64,000 nt of DNA from the NCBI GenBank assembly GCA_964199315.1, contig OZ116707.1:8680001-8744000 (forward strand), read 5' to 3'. This DNA comes from Orbicella franksi (lineage: Eukaryota). Positions 49,794-63,037 of the stretch are shown here, in pieces. Numbering within the stretch: the first letter of the stretch is position 1; every line of letters begins with the position of its first letter. The position numbers and the translations under genes are program-made. A model generated the notes under the pieces. That model was not told the DNA's origin, made no database searches, and saw only the letters and a list, made by a program, of their open reading frames with translations.

Positions 49794-52700
49794 ATGTCGG
49801 ACAAAGGTGGTCGAAAACCAAGAGCCAGGAATCTCTCCAGAACTTTTATACTTCTGAGATCAGATGATTCGAATAGTCACGTTCCTAGATCAGCAACGCT
49901 TAAGACACTCGAGGCAAGTGGACGAATAAAGGAGATTGAATTTAGCAATAATGCGACATCGCAGCACATCACTGAGTTGGTCATGAATGCCTTTGGTCAA
50001 CTTAACCAATCAAACATTTCCAGGTACTAGAACTGAAGCTATAACATAAATATCACTTTTGGTCTTTACAACAAAGACTTAATCCTGAGATTTGTGTTGT
50101 ATTGTTATCAATATCTTCTTTTTTAGGCTTGTCTTGTATAAGACTGTTGGAAACACATCCGTTTTAAGCCGGGCTGGTAGAGCTGGAAACATCTGCGGAG
50201 ACACCCTCAAGTGTATTTATAAATCTCGCGCAAAGGTGTTCCTTCGCTTAGAGGACGGTAAGAACATCTAAATCGTAAGCGACGTAACATTGAGCATAAG
50301 AACTCGGTATCCTGTTCGGCTGTTAATGTAGCTGTCAAATCACACTTTTATTTTACAAGGTAGCATTATTGGTGATCATATTTGAACGCAGCTAAACGCT
50401 TTGACGAACGAGCCATCGATAAGATAATTGGTGTATCTTTGTGATTCAATGAAATGGAAATAAATGGCCTTTATTCTTTAAAGCGCTTCTGAAATATGTA
50501 ACTGGAATATATATGTTAAGGTGGCTCCCTATAGTTTTACGATCGCACGCGCACTGGGGACGAAATTTCAAGCAATCTGCACGCGCTCGAAGGGAAACGT
50601 CAGTGTTTTTCTATATTTTATTACGTCAACATGAGCACAAAAAGCAAAACTGACAGTGAAATTTCTCGAGGTTCCTTCGGTGAAATTCCGTAAAATTTGG
50701 CAGACTGTTAATAAATATGTTACTTTAGTCGGAACTCGTTTTCCAGGGAAATCTATGTCCATTTTTTTAGCAGCGGTAAAAGACGTAAATCTGAAAAAAT
50801 CTAAAAAACTGCCTTTACAAACCCTACTTTTTTCGTGTTTAAAATTTGTGTCCTGCTGGGTGCGATGTGCTGTGAAAATTTTGGAAGATTTCACCGAAGG
50901 AAATTTAAGAAAATCGCAAATAAAGCCTTAAAAACGGCAAAAAACACATTGATTTGGGCATTTATAATTTAAGACTTAAACCCAAAATTTTAACATAGAC
51001 AGTACTAAAACACTATTTAATCATTGCTTATTACATTTGGCAAGTTTGAGAGGACTGGGTGAAAAACACAAATGCAAAAACAGCATTCAAAACATAACGC
51101 TTGTGCGTGCAACGCCATAAATGATTACCCTATGGAGCCACCTTAAGTGGTACGGTGCGCAAGAAAACCCACGCGTGACGCGTCGATTCATGAGTTATAC
51201 ATCGAGTTACGCATGATCTGTGTGACCATTTGATCTTATGCATGTAAAGCAATTGGATTTCATTTTTTTCACAGAAAGTGGAGATGGTGCAGGGCCAAGT
51301 AATCAAGAAGCCGGCCAAAGTCAAGTTAAAGGTTCGTTAGAGTTGTTTATTCTATTTCTAAACACTAATTTGAGCATCAACTTAAACAGTTGTCTATGAA
51401 GTATTTGCTGACCAATTTTAAGTGATATACATATATTACATAGTTTTTAAATTCTTGATGCACAGGAGGAAATGCAGCAACTCAACAAATTGAGATTGAG
51501 GATGATGATTCCAGTACTGCCCTAGCTCCACAATTCGGTATGGTGCTTGTATTTGTCCTGTTGGTCATACTAGTCATATTGATGTGGTTGTTTGAGTGAT
51601 GGTCAGTGCATTGCGTTTCTTTGTTGTGTGACAGACAAATGGCATTCAGTACGTGAGAAGTCATGTTGATGGTTTTTTAGTGATAATCATGAAGCATTGC
51701 ATCTAGAACCCAGACAGCTTTCACCCATACAAAAAGGTTGTGTGTGCTACGACTGCCTTCCGGAACAAAAACATCGTTTCATGACAGAACCCAATCAGAT
51801 GCCGTATCCAAATTCGAAAGAATTGGAGCAATTTATTACAGGCAAATAACAAGTCTTAAAACTTCCATACAAGTCAACTGTTACATTGTACTTGTGTGTA
51901 TCTTAATTGATAGTTGTGTTGCAATTACGAGATAAGGTTTTTAATTATATATTTACCTCACTCTTCAGATGATGACAGTGACGATGATTTAGGGACGCCA
52001 GTCTTCTCGTCCACTCCCACCCTAGTGCCCAAATGTACATGTAAATCTTCTATCGTGATAACATGTCTACTTATAAGCTCAAGTTGTAATATTTGGAAAA
52101 GGTATGTCTGATGTATAGGCATTTAATATATTAAGACTTCAGATCTTAAGCGTTACCATTTGTGATAATGAGAAGTGCTTCATTTCGGAAGCCTCATGCC
52201 AGGACAGAGAGGATAAGTTAGGGAGAGAGTATTGATTACAGCTGTAGTTGCAAGTTATTCAGTTATGGGCAATGATTTTTTTCAACTTTCTTTTCAAAGA
52301 TTCTGTACAAAGGAAGGTGGAAAAGATTGTGGAGACATTTTATAGTAAGTCAAGATATAGTAAACAAGCACTATGACAGCTGAATGTATTAATGTTCTTG
52401 ATATTCTTGACTTAATAATAATTTATTATTCTGGCATCAGCATTTGAAAGATAGATTTGAGAAAAAATTAAATGGGTACTCAATTGTATAGTGTTGGTCA
52501 CAAAATAATTCCTATGTTAGAGTAAAAAGAAATAAATCAGCACCTTTCATATTTTGGGGTTTGATTTGTAGATTCAATCACTATCAGTGGTGCAGTGACG
52601 AAGGATGTTAATCAGAGTGCTGATCAGGCAACAGAAGGTAAATGTTGATGATCCTGACCAGTACTGTTAAGAAAAATATAACTTAAGTTAATTGATGTTT

Positions 52701-55700
52701 CATTAAAGACTGTGATGATATCAATATTGTGCCACAATCACACATAATTACAAGTGTCAAGAGACAACATGTATAATTACTCTGGTCACTAGTATAAATA
52801 AGTAATTAAGCCGTCATTCCTAAAAAATATCTCACGATCAGGCACTAAAGAAAATTATTATATGACCACCTCTGTAAGTGGGCAAGATGAACCGAATATC
52901 ATGCTGTGATTAGCTTTGTCACGGTCATAAACACGCAAAAAAAAAAAAAGAACTTGGTCAATATCCAGTCATCTATCTCAACCTCCTGTTGGTCAATAAC
53001 CCATATTTATCATCAAGGCTTCGGTCTGGGAAAAATTTTGAGGAGCCCAAAGTTACGTAATATTGATTAAATCACGATCAAGTGCCCATCATTAATACGC
53101 TCATCAATGAAAAAGCTTTTTTTTAAAAAATGCAGATAGACCAAGGAACTCACCAGAATTACAGCAAAGTACAGTCTTAACATTTTAAAACCTGTCTGTG
53201 GTTACAGTTACACAATGTGAAAATTTATGTTCAAAGATTAATGCACTTTAAATGACAATCCAATTACAATACACAGTACTGATTTAAATAATCACATTGA
53301 TTTCCATTTTTAGTTGGAACTGTAGAAGAGGAGTGCAATCATCTGATAGGTGCTGAAGCAAGTGAGTTGATAAGTGCAATTTTTATCATCAATTTACAAG
53401 TCACTTTAAGTTAGGTTTTAAATTTTTGCAGTGAACCCAGGTGATGGCTCAGGTGAATCATGGTATTGCATCCTAACCCCTTTGCTGGCACTGCACTACA
53501 CAAACATCTATTAAATAGAAAACTGGCCTAACAATTCTTCTGCACTCTAACAACAATGAGAGTCCTAGTACTAAACTGTGGTTTTGCACTCAGTGCATAT
53601 TTGTCTCATTATTACAACTATACATACATTTCCTCAGATGAATCAGCAGGACCTGCATATGATGTGCAGCTCTTGACAAAGTTGATGGAAGCGTATAAAG
53701 TACCACAAAGGCTCCAGTTTCTCTGCCTTAATGCTCAGGAAGTAAGTGATAGCAAATTCACGTTATGATAATTATAGATTTGTCAAACAAGAACCTGAGG
53801 TATCGACTGTGAATGCATGTTCATGACACACCAAACTTTTTTGCTAATAGCACATAAGTGCATTAGTACACAAATTTTGAAAGTGAATATGAAGATCTAG
53901 AGGGTTTCATCTCGGACGGGGCTGCACCCCCTGCATCTCCCTCTAAATCTGCCTTAGAAGAATAAGCATGTGAAGTTTGCTTGGGCCTGAGTGGTACTCA
54001 AAAAAAGAACTATCTTATTTTATCCCATTAAGTTGTGATGACTGTTTGATTATGATTATTTAGAAGTATTTGCGGCAGGGCAGATTGCTTTAAGTGTGTA
54101 CATATTTTATGCAAAGTAGGCCCAAGCGAGGGAGTGTAAACTAAATATCTGTCAAAAAGTTGTGTTATGATGTTATTAAGCTTAATTAGTGTTATAAAGT
54201 AAAAATCCCGGATTTAAAAAATACATGTATAAGAGTACAAATCCCCAAAACACGTAGAGGTATATGCGGGATATAATAATTTAACAGCAGAGTTTCTTAT
54301 AATTTCTCAGATGAGGAGGCAGAGCCATGAAGATTGCACTCCACTAGTGCTTCTTCGATATATCCCAAGTGCAAAGGCCATTAGCATTATTAGGTGGGTA
54401 TTAAAGATTTTTTTTAGGAATACAACATGTAGTACAACTAATGCAGCTATTTTCTTCATTTTCTTGATAAAAGACACTGTGTTTTCGTTATGACAGCTTG
54501 TCGTATCTTCTTGTTCACATGGTCATGCATGTTTTACACTGTAGTATTTAACCATTTTCCTTTTGTTGTGAACAATACCGTATAGGAGCCTCATTAACTA
54601 TTACTTTTTTTACCTTTTTGGTTCAGATCATTAATGACGACAATAGATCTTTTGCCACAGCTGGCCAATTGCTATGTACATGTAGCTTTGAAAGGGAGCC
54701 AGTTTGACGAGGAAGGTAACTAATTTGTGGTATGCTACAATTACATATGTTACAGGGCTCAAAATAATTTTTGAATGGTGGCCAGTGGTGTTAATTATAA
54801 TTTGAAAGTGAGGTACCTGACCAGTCAAAATGACTGCCATACCAAAATTTTGTCTGGACAAATATTCATTTTGGCCAGACACTGTCCATTGACTGGCTGT
54901 TATGAGCAAGGCTGATGTTGCTTTAAACTAATTCTTTGTATTATTTGATACTACCTTACAACACTTGCAAAAAGGTGATGTGTCCTTTGATTGCTATATT
55001 GTAGCATGTGGAAAGCAGGGAATCTTCAACAGTGGAAGTGACATCCAGGTGCACATAATGCATCCAACAGCATCGGCAGCTAGGATGGTTGTAGGAAACA
55101 TTTTGACAGGTGATCATAATGCAATACTACCTTGCTTGTGTATGTGTGTGTGTGTCAAATGTTAATTTGAGATAAGAGGTTATGTCACGAGTGGCCCTCT
55201 TTTAGCCTTGTTTAAAAAGTGCAAATTGTAAATTTCTTGAGAAAGAAACTACCAAAGCAGAAGAGATGAAAAGAATCCCCTTAGTAAAAACATTATGCAG
55301 TGGTTCCTGAGGTTTGAGAAGAAATGATATGTACATGTAGGTTGTGAATGGGAAGTAATCACATGCTTAGACATGCTAATGGAAGTGTTATATTTAAAAT
55401 TCCCATTGAAGGAGAGGAAGACAACTTCCTTGTTCAATTGAGCGATTCAATCCAGGATGCTCAGGAAGCTGCCGAGGCTATCAAAGCAAACAGGTAAGAC
55501 TAGTATTATTAGTTAGGTTTCCTGTATTGAATGCTATTTTGGCTTAATGAATGTAGAAGTAATACTTTTGTCACTTTTTATTAGAAGGAAGGTAGAGTTA
55601 AGTACTGTTATTATAAATGAATTGAGGAACGCCTGTTAAGTTTTCTGCTTCTACACTGTATCTCCTCCACTATAATAAAATATTCTCCATTCTCTCCAGT

Positions 55701-57884
55701 AGTAATTGTTAAGCGAGTAGGGAACATGATTTATTCTTTTTGTGATGTATTCTTACATGCATTTTAATCATGCAAAATGAATCTTAAACAGCAAAAGTCA
55801 AAAGTATGACTTATTGCTTGTGGAACATTAGTGTCATTGGTGTATTAAACAGTAATCATTCATGATTACATAGTGCATGAGAGTCTTTTGAAAGAAATTT
55901 GTTCTAGATGACACTTTTCCAATCTAATCTGCCAAATGCAAGAACTGTCACAATTTCTGTTATTACAACATTTTAATTGTAATCAATATTAATACAAACT
56001 GGTAAATTATTACAGGGAACTTTTACAGCAAAACAGAGTAATACGGAGGCGACAAGAGGCGGAATTATTACTATCGCTAAGTTTCAATTGAAAACGCTGA
56101 TCGTGCTCAATTTTTAACCAAATTTGAAAATATTCAATGGTACAGACATGGGTAGAAATTTGAGGGAAATTGACATCGAAAAGGGATGAAACAGGTTTGA
56201 AAGTTCTCCCGAACATTTTCAGGAGCAGGAAGACCAAAGAAAACATGCAGAAGAAACCCAAGAAAGTCAAAATGAAACAGTTGCTGATGATGACGAGGTA
56301 AGTGTTATTCCTTACAGTTAAAGTGTACCCCTCAAGAATACATAAATGAATTCATTACTTGAATATTGAACCCACTAGCCTTTTCAAGACTGCAATCTTG
56401 TAATTTTTTCACTATTGCACTCGCTATAGTCATTTCAAGATTCAATGATATCAAATTCATTTTTTTAGTTAATTATAAAACCCATTATATGTACATGTAT
56501 ATTCGGGTAAAGTAGCACTGACAGTAATCAATTCATCATTGCATTCTCGAAACATCTAGTGCATTCAAAATTTGAATAATCGATTCATTAAATAAAATGT
56601 AATATTGAGGGGTATGCCTCAATTGCTTGTACTGCAATATTTAATTTAATCATACCAATGCAGAACGTATTTCGAGCCACATTTCCTACCATTTGCATAA
56701 TCCACAGGCACTAACCACAGGTAAGCAAGTTAGGTAAAAAGTTAACCTGTTGATTATTATTGTAGCTAAAAACTCATGAAATTATTTGTTTTAACTCCTT
56801 CCAGGTTCGACGCAAAAGGTTGTTAGCTTTAGATGCCCAGGTACAAATTATACTCTAGTAATTATCATAGATTAAAGAGACTCTGTTCGAGCGTGGGAAG
56901 GTAAAGCAAAACTTCCCTGTTCTAACAGCGTTTTGTGCATGAGCTGCTAGATGACATGACATTGGGCTCCTTCCAGCAGGGGCAGAAACAAATAAATTGG
57001 TCACTAAGCATGTGAACATGTATGGGTTAAAGTAATATCAGTTACGACCAGTCAGTACAAAATACGCAGTGATTAAAGCGTGATTTTAAGAGGTTTAAAC
57101 AAGGGACAGAAGAAAGAAATCTATTTTGGCGACAAAGCCAAAAACTGATGCATGTATTTCATCATGCAAAATAGTCGTAGCCTCAAAGAGACCTTTGATT
57201 TGAATTTCAATTGTATTTCTAACACCTGAACAGTTAAGCTAAAGTAATCGGTCAAACACTAAGATTTGTTATCAACTTCAAAGGATTGTTACTGAAGTTT
57301 CAAAATACATCATGGTAAAGGTAAAGACACTCAAGGATGTAAGACATTTTATTTCTTTGTTTTAGGTTGGCACTTCGAAACGCCCCCGGGAAGAGAGTTC
57401 TGTGGCCGATGATAGTGGAACAGTAAGGAAGTTGTTTGGAATCCAATACGTTTTTCATTGTTTGGGCTAAAATAATTTTATGATTGTTTACATCATCATC
57501 TACCCACTTTCCCCTTCCCTTCACAGTTAAAAAATAGATGAACCTAATCACCTTAAATCAATGCAGGGGGCACCATCGTTCATTCGTCCATAACAGAGGC
57601 AAGAAAAGTAACTTAAATTTCTAACTTGCCCAATTGCCAAGGACCTAGGCAAGTAATCTGCAATCTAATTTTAAAAAAAAGGAAACTAAGACTTGCCCAG
57701 GGCAAGCAAAATTTGAGTGCTGCTTGTCAGAATGGCAAACTGGAAAAAAAGGTTTTTCTCGAGTCCTGAGTTTCTTCACTTTCTGATACTTAATGGTACT
57801 CTTAACTGGGCTTTATCATCACTGAAAATTAAAAGTAAATACATTCTTCTTTGATTTTATTTTCAGGTTACATTCAGGATATAA
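49794..57884 (+). CDS. Multi-exon gene of unknown function (~18 exons, ~504 aa model)
   Basis: Exons 49794-50023, 50127-50257, 51275-51331, 51466-51537, 51969-52040, 52300-52344, 52572-52637, 53314-53361, 53638-53741, 54311-54393, 54627-54715, 54975-55109, 55242-55311, 55371-55493, 56016-56076, 56223-56297, 56805-56840, 57867-57884. Phase-consistent (1515 nt). Needs one non-canonical donor (56077 CTAAGT), one weak acceptor and one 59-nt intron. Confidence 0.65.
50520..51142. mobile_element. TTAA MITE (Kolobok-type), 623 bp, in intron 2 of the partner gene
   Basis: TTAA|GGTGGCTCC...GGAGCCACC|TTAA. Confidence 0.85.
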
Positions 57885-57915
57885 CTTAGCTGTATCATTG
57901 ATAAATCAGTGAGAA

Positions 57916-59358
57916 AATGCTGGTTAAATATTAAATAAATGAACAAATAAAAATAAAAAAAATAGAACTTTTAGCATTTCACCACTGAATGAAAAGAATC
58001 TTTTTGACCTTTTTGAAACTACTTTATTACTACACAATTACCTTAGTTACCTTAGTTATCAATGATATGTAGATGATTAATGGGTCAATATTTTTACCAA
58101 AATGCAAATCCATGTAGGAGTTTAAGACAGTCGATTTAGTTTTGTTACAAGTATTGCATTAAGAAACTTTTAAAGTTGTATGAAGTTGATAGTTTAACAG
58201 GTTGGCCATTGCAATCATTGCATCTGTATTTCAAAAACATCGAATCATTGCTGTGTAAATCGGCGAAAGAATAAACTTGTAATCATTGATATATATGTTG
58301 TTTATTGCTGAGTTAAATAAACAGTTTCACCTCCTGTTACACGCTTTGCTGATACACCACCATATTGACTTAGTTTAACACAAACGGAGTGCCTGAATTA
58401 CAAAATGACCCACTATTAGAAGTCAATTTTTTATTTCGGGCGAGGACAGGTGGTGGGGGGAGGTGAGGGAGAAAGGAAGCATACGTTTGTGATTGAACCC
58501 ACCAGTCAGATTTAACTGAGTCAGATATTCAACTACACCGATTGACTTCAGAACACTTGCCTGAATCAGATCTTTAAGAGCCATTTTTAGTTGCTATGCC
58601 GGATGCCTTCCACAACTTTAAAGAGTCCTAGCGGTGCTGATATAGAACAAGTTTAGTCCTTTTAGTCCTCTTAAAGTGCGAACTTTTATTACTCTTAAAG
58701 TTCGAAATTAAAGGACTCTTAAAGTTCGAAATTTAAGGACTCTAAAAGTTCGAACTTTTAGGACTGTTAAAGTTTGAACTTTTAGGACTGTTAAAGTTCG
58801 AACTTTAAGGCCTCTAAAAGTTCGAACTTTTAGCACTCTTAAAGTTCGAACTTTAAGGACTCTAAAAGTTCAAACTTTTAGGACTGTTAAAGTTCGAACT
58901 TGAAGGCCTCTTAAAGTTCGAACTTTTAGGACTGTTAAAGTTCGAACTTTAAGGCCTCTTAAAGTTCGAACTTTTAGCACTCTTAAAGTTCGAACTTTAA
59001 GGACTGTTAAAGTTCGAACTTTAAGGACTCTAAAAGTTCGAACTTTAAGGACTGTTAAAGTTCGAACTTTTAGGACTCTAAAAATTCGAACTTTTAGGAC
59101 TCTTAAAGTTCGAACTTTAAGGACTCTAAAAGTTCGAACTTTAAGGACTCTTAAAGTTCGAACCTCTAAGACATTTCAGAATCTTGAAAAATTTTAAGAA
59201 TTATTAGGGAAGTTGGAACTTTTAGGACAACAGAACTGTATAGGGGGTCCTGACAGTAATTGTAACAGTTTAAATTGTTGTAGTTACATAGGGGACTTTT
59301 AAGTAATTTAAATAAGTTTTTTACGTAAGGGACTTTGCCCAGCTGCTGATATTGATCC
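57916..59358 (-). repeat. Right TIR (1443 bp)
   Basis: Reverse complement of 36557-38074. Confidence 0.97.
58670..59164. repeat. 24-bp palindromic minisatellite in the right TIR (~20 units)
   Basis: Same unit as in the left TIR, reverse orientation. Confidence 0.95.
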
Positions 59359-59364
59359 AACAAG

Positions 59365-59630
59365 TCTTGCAAAACTTTTCAATGACAATATAACAAATAA
59401 TTTTTTTCCTTTTTATGCAGAGTCTTGCCCTTTTTTTCAAGTGCCAAGTGTAAATTCTCTAAGAATTCAAACAACAAATGACAAATTAATTAATTATATG
59501 CTAGCGATACAGTGTAATAAATACAGTTTTCTGAAACCTTTCCTCATAAACAACAAGTTTTGCTACAGCTTAAACCTTAACAACAATAAACTAAATAAAA
59601 ATATTTGTTTGAGTTCAGATGTTAACTTCT
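59365..59630 (+). repeat. Copy 2 of the ~271-bp tandem dimer
   Basis: Direct, diverged repeat of 36284-36548. Confidence 0.85.
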
Positions 59631-61427
59631 AAAAAACCTTTTTTCATAAAAGAATGTTTTGCTGTTGATCACAAAACTAATAATAACAATACAGTACTAG
59701 AGCATTTGTTTGAGGTCATCGGTCATGAGGCATTGAGGTCATGGGCATTCTAGTGTGGGTTGCTGGACACTCATTCTCATCACCAGCAACTTTAAGCTCA
59801 GTTATCTGTTCATGATTCAAAGTTAAAATACTTGGAAATCAATTTGGCTGTTCAACTTTCATATATGGAAATCATTCAAAATTTTACAGCTTTTGAATTT
59901 CTGAGATCCTTTAAAAATTGCATGCCAAAGGTTCATAGCCTAATACAGCTAACCCAAGGCTCCACCTATTATAATTAGCTAAGCAATAAAGAGAACCTTC
60001 ATGTAAACAGTCTGCCTTGCTGTTTGATGTCATCTCACAACATGAATGCAATAAAAACTCGCATATAAAAACCTAGCAACTTAAGAACCTACAGGCTGAA
60101 ATTTAGCATTTATATACCCAAAAGTATAAGAACCTGTTGTGCCTGGCAACGAAAGATAGGTTCTTATACAACTAAACCACTCCACTTTTGATGGTGTAAA
60201 TTCCGGATTTTAATTGTGTGATAAACTTCTCACAAAAAGGTATTGGGTATATGATTTCTTTGATTTACATTTCTTTGGATTTTCACCAGAAATATGTTTT
60301 CCATAAAGCTACAGTGCGATATAGACAATTTAAAATATGTTATAAAACAAAATATAAAAATGTATTGATCTCCTTCCTGGACCTTGATTGTTATATCATC
60401 GGAGCCATGCAGTTAACAAACACCCAGTTTTGACCATGTGAAATTAAAAAAATGTATATATACAACCTCTGAAAAATAAGAACCTTTTCTCCTAATGAGC
60501 CTGAATTGTGAAAAACTATACGACCTGTTCAGCCTGACCTTGAAAATTCTAGGTTGTTATAAGTGGGGTTTTACTATACAACATATACAGAGAAGTGAAC
60601 CAACCTTTCATTTTCGTCTCAGTACAATTTCTTCTGTGCTGTGTTATTTTTTCCCCAATGCATCAATTTTGGCTCTTTTAGATTCTAGTTGCCTGTTGAG
60701 CTCACTTATTTGTGTATCTACCTGAAGTGATGCTTGAATAAGGGAATTTGCCCTTTCCTTCTTCAGCTTTTGGTACTTTCCAATAGCAAATCTTTCCTTC
60801 TTGTCACTAATGGTGGGCTAAAAGGGCCATGATTTATTTTTGCAGAGAGAAGACAAAAGCAAAGAATAAATACATATCTAATGAAAATGGACTTTGAAAT
60901 GCCATCATATCATTTCGAATTTTCATTAAGTTCATCCCACTCCAATAAAAACCTCAAAGAAAGTGTTTACCTAAAATCCTCTCCACGGTCGTTTGACTCG
61001 GTATTTTCGCATCCTATCATATCTATTTTGCCGCATTTATCAAACTAAAATGCACCTCATCATATACCAACAGAAAGCTTGTTCATTCAACTTTAATATA
61101 TAGATTTAGGGAAGGCCAAGCCTTTAGCCAAGCCTAAAAGCAGAGCTCCTGAGCTGGGTTGTTCAAAGCCCGATTAAGCTAACCCAGGATAAGCAAGAAT
61201 TTTGATTTGAGTTTTTTAACTTTACAGTGAGGTTTTTTGTTTCTGTTGTTTGGCCTTGTTTCGAGTTTGAATAATCTCAAGGTCCTCAAAATACACAAAA
61301 CAAAAGCAGTCATTTGTATACTTCGATTAAATTTTATAATCCCGGGTTAGTGTTTCCCAGCTTCCAAACAACCAACAAGCTTTAAACTTGAGCCCGCCAT
61401 GTGGTCATGTGATACTGGTCAATGGAT

Positions 61428-61458
<31 letters not shown>

Positions 61459-61832
61459 GCATGGATGTCCAATATCAAAGAGGGACGCTACAAACCGAGG
61501 GTGCATGTCTCTGTCAGCCTATTAGCTGGAGTATGGCCACCATGTTGCATGACTCCATCATCGCTGTCATGCCACCTGTTCCGCACGTTGTAACGCACTA
61601 ACTAATGGAATTGTTAGGCGTTGTATCACAGTAAACTAATGCATTGTAAATGAACAACGTTTACGACAATTACTTTTCTAGGGTGGGAGGGCAGGTAATG
61701 GGCAACGGATATTTTATTTTTCAATATGGCGTCCCTTTCGTCCTTTTGGTTTCAGTTTAATCGTTAGTTAGTTTAGTTAGTTGGTTAGTTAGGTAGTTAT
61801 AGGTTAGTTAGTTTGTTAGCATAGTAAACAAT

Positions 61833-62286
61833 ATGTATTTCGGAAGCAGCAAGAAAAAAGGGAAATCAGCTTTTAAAGTGATCTATGTCTCGAATAAGAG
61901 AAGCACATCAGTTGTCAACTTGCCTTCGTGTTGGTCAACTCCAACAAGTTCAAATGATGTGGAAGAACCTAGCGAGATGGTGGATGACTCAGCTGCTTGT
62001 GTGTCATGGAGCAGAGATGAAGAATCTGATGGAGAAACTTTGTCCACACCATATCAAAAACAAAGAGAACAGTTGTGCAGAAACTGGGAGGTGTTAAGGG
62101 TGCCCCTTACTTCAGTCATCTCTCAGGATGGAAGGTTTCATCCAGCCTAAATGTGTTAAAGGTGACTGTGATAGGGACGCTCAAACTAGGTGCCAGGATT
62201 GTAGCTTTGGTGCATACTATTGCACTGAGTGCTGCAATGAATTGCACAGAGTGAAACATCAGTTTCATTCCCCAGAAGTGCTTAAG
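61833..62286 (+). pseudogene. 5' exon of a KDZ/Zisupton-like CxC-domain transposase, frameshifted
   Basis: YQKQREQLCRNW, then CDRDAQTRCQDCSFGAYYCTECCNELH...FHSPE, ending at an AAG|GTGAGT donor. Confidence 0.55.
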
Positions 62287-62681
62287 GTGAGTGTTTCTCG
62301 TGGTGTTTTTAGTTTAAAAAATTGCTTATAATGTTGTGAATGAACTTGTATAACTACTTATATATTCTTGACTTCTGGGACATGCAAAAATTATTGACAA
62401 ATTAAACTAATGCTTAATTTTCCTAGTGCAAGTTAAGCCATGCAGGACACTGCAGTCACTCATTAAACAGTAGAATGCACAAATATATTCCTTCCTGTTT
62501 TTGCGTTGTTATTTTATTAGCAGCAGGTTAATTGTTAATTAAAACCATTAACACATCTAAAGAGCTTTATAATTTGCTTCTATATTTTTGATTGGGTTAT
62601 TATCCATTCCATTGGATCAAGATGTTTAAATTTCCTGCAGCCATTAGTCTTTATTTTGATGTTGAGATACAGTCATTTTTG

Positions 62682-63037
62682 ATAAGTTAATAAAGATGGT
62701 GAATTTTAAGCTTGGTAATGAAATGTGAAGGTGAATTAATCAACATGACACGAGCGTGGGACAGGAATCGAACCCATGACCTCCCGAAATTTTAAAAATT
62801 CACCATCTTTATTAACTTATCACTACTCACGATGAATTCGATAGCGTTGATCCTAGCAGTATGCAGGACACCTATCATATATGAACTCAGTTAAATGACC
62901 TTGCTCTCCATGAGTTCTCGTAGCTCAGTGGATAGAGCGCCCGCCCGGTGTTCGGGAGGTCATGGGTTCGATTCCTGTCCGGGACTCAGAATTTTTCTTT
63001 GTCCCACGCTCGTGTCATGTTGATTAATTCACCTTCA
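62682..63037. mobile_element. tRNA-related SINE-like repeat with an inverted partial copy
   Basis: A box TAGCTCAGTGG (62921), B box GGTTCGATTCC (62965); 62682-62787 is an inverted copy; 12-bp flanking direct repeat CAGTCATTTTTG. Confidence 0.8.

Larger units (their letters stand above)
36557..59358. mobile_element. Giant cargo-carrying Merlin-type DNA transposon, 22,802 bp
   Basis: Exact 8-bp TSD AACAAGTC (36549-36556 / 59359-59366); GGATCAATATCAGCAGCTGGG...CCCAGCTGCTGATATTGATCC termini; ~1.5-kb TIRs; internal intact Merlin transposase. Confidence 0.9.

Noticed and set aside
47300-50400. Merlin transposase as a separate small nested element, or bacterial IS1595 contamination
   Set aside because: I found no private TIRs or TSD around it by eye, and it has GT-AG introns. 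Nesting is not fully excluded.
36557-59358. Polinton/Maverick or endogenous virus
   Set aside because: No protein-primed polymerase, retroviral integrase, ATPase or capsid; the TSD is 8 bp rather than 6 bp.
36284-59630. 271-bp direct repeats read as LTRs of a 23-kb retroelement
   Set aside because: No TG...CA ends, PBS or gag/pol; they are explained as a pre-existing dimer split at the TSD.
62919-62990. Functional tRNA gene
   Set aside because: It has A and B boxes but no convincing acceptor stem, and it is embedded in a repeat with an inverted copy and a TSD.
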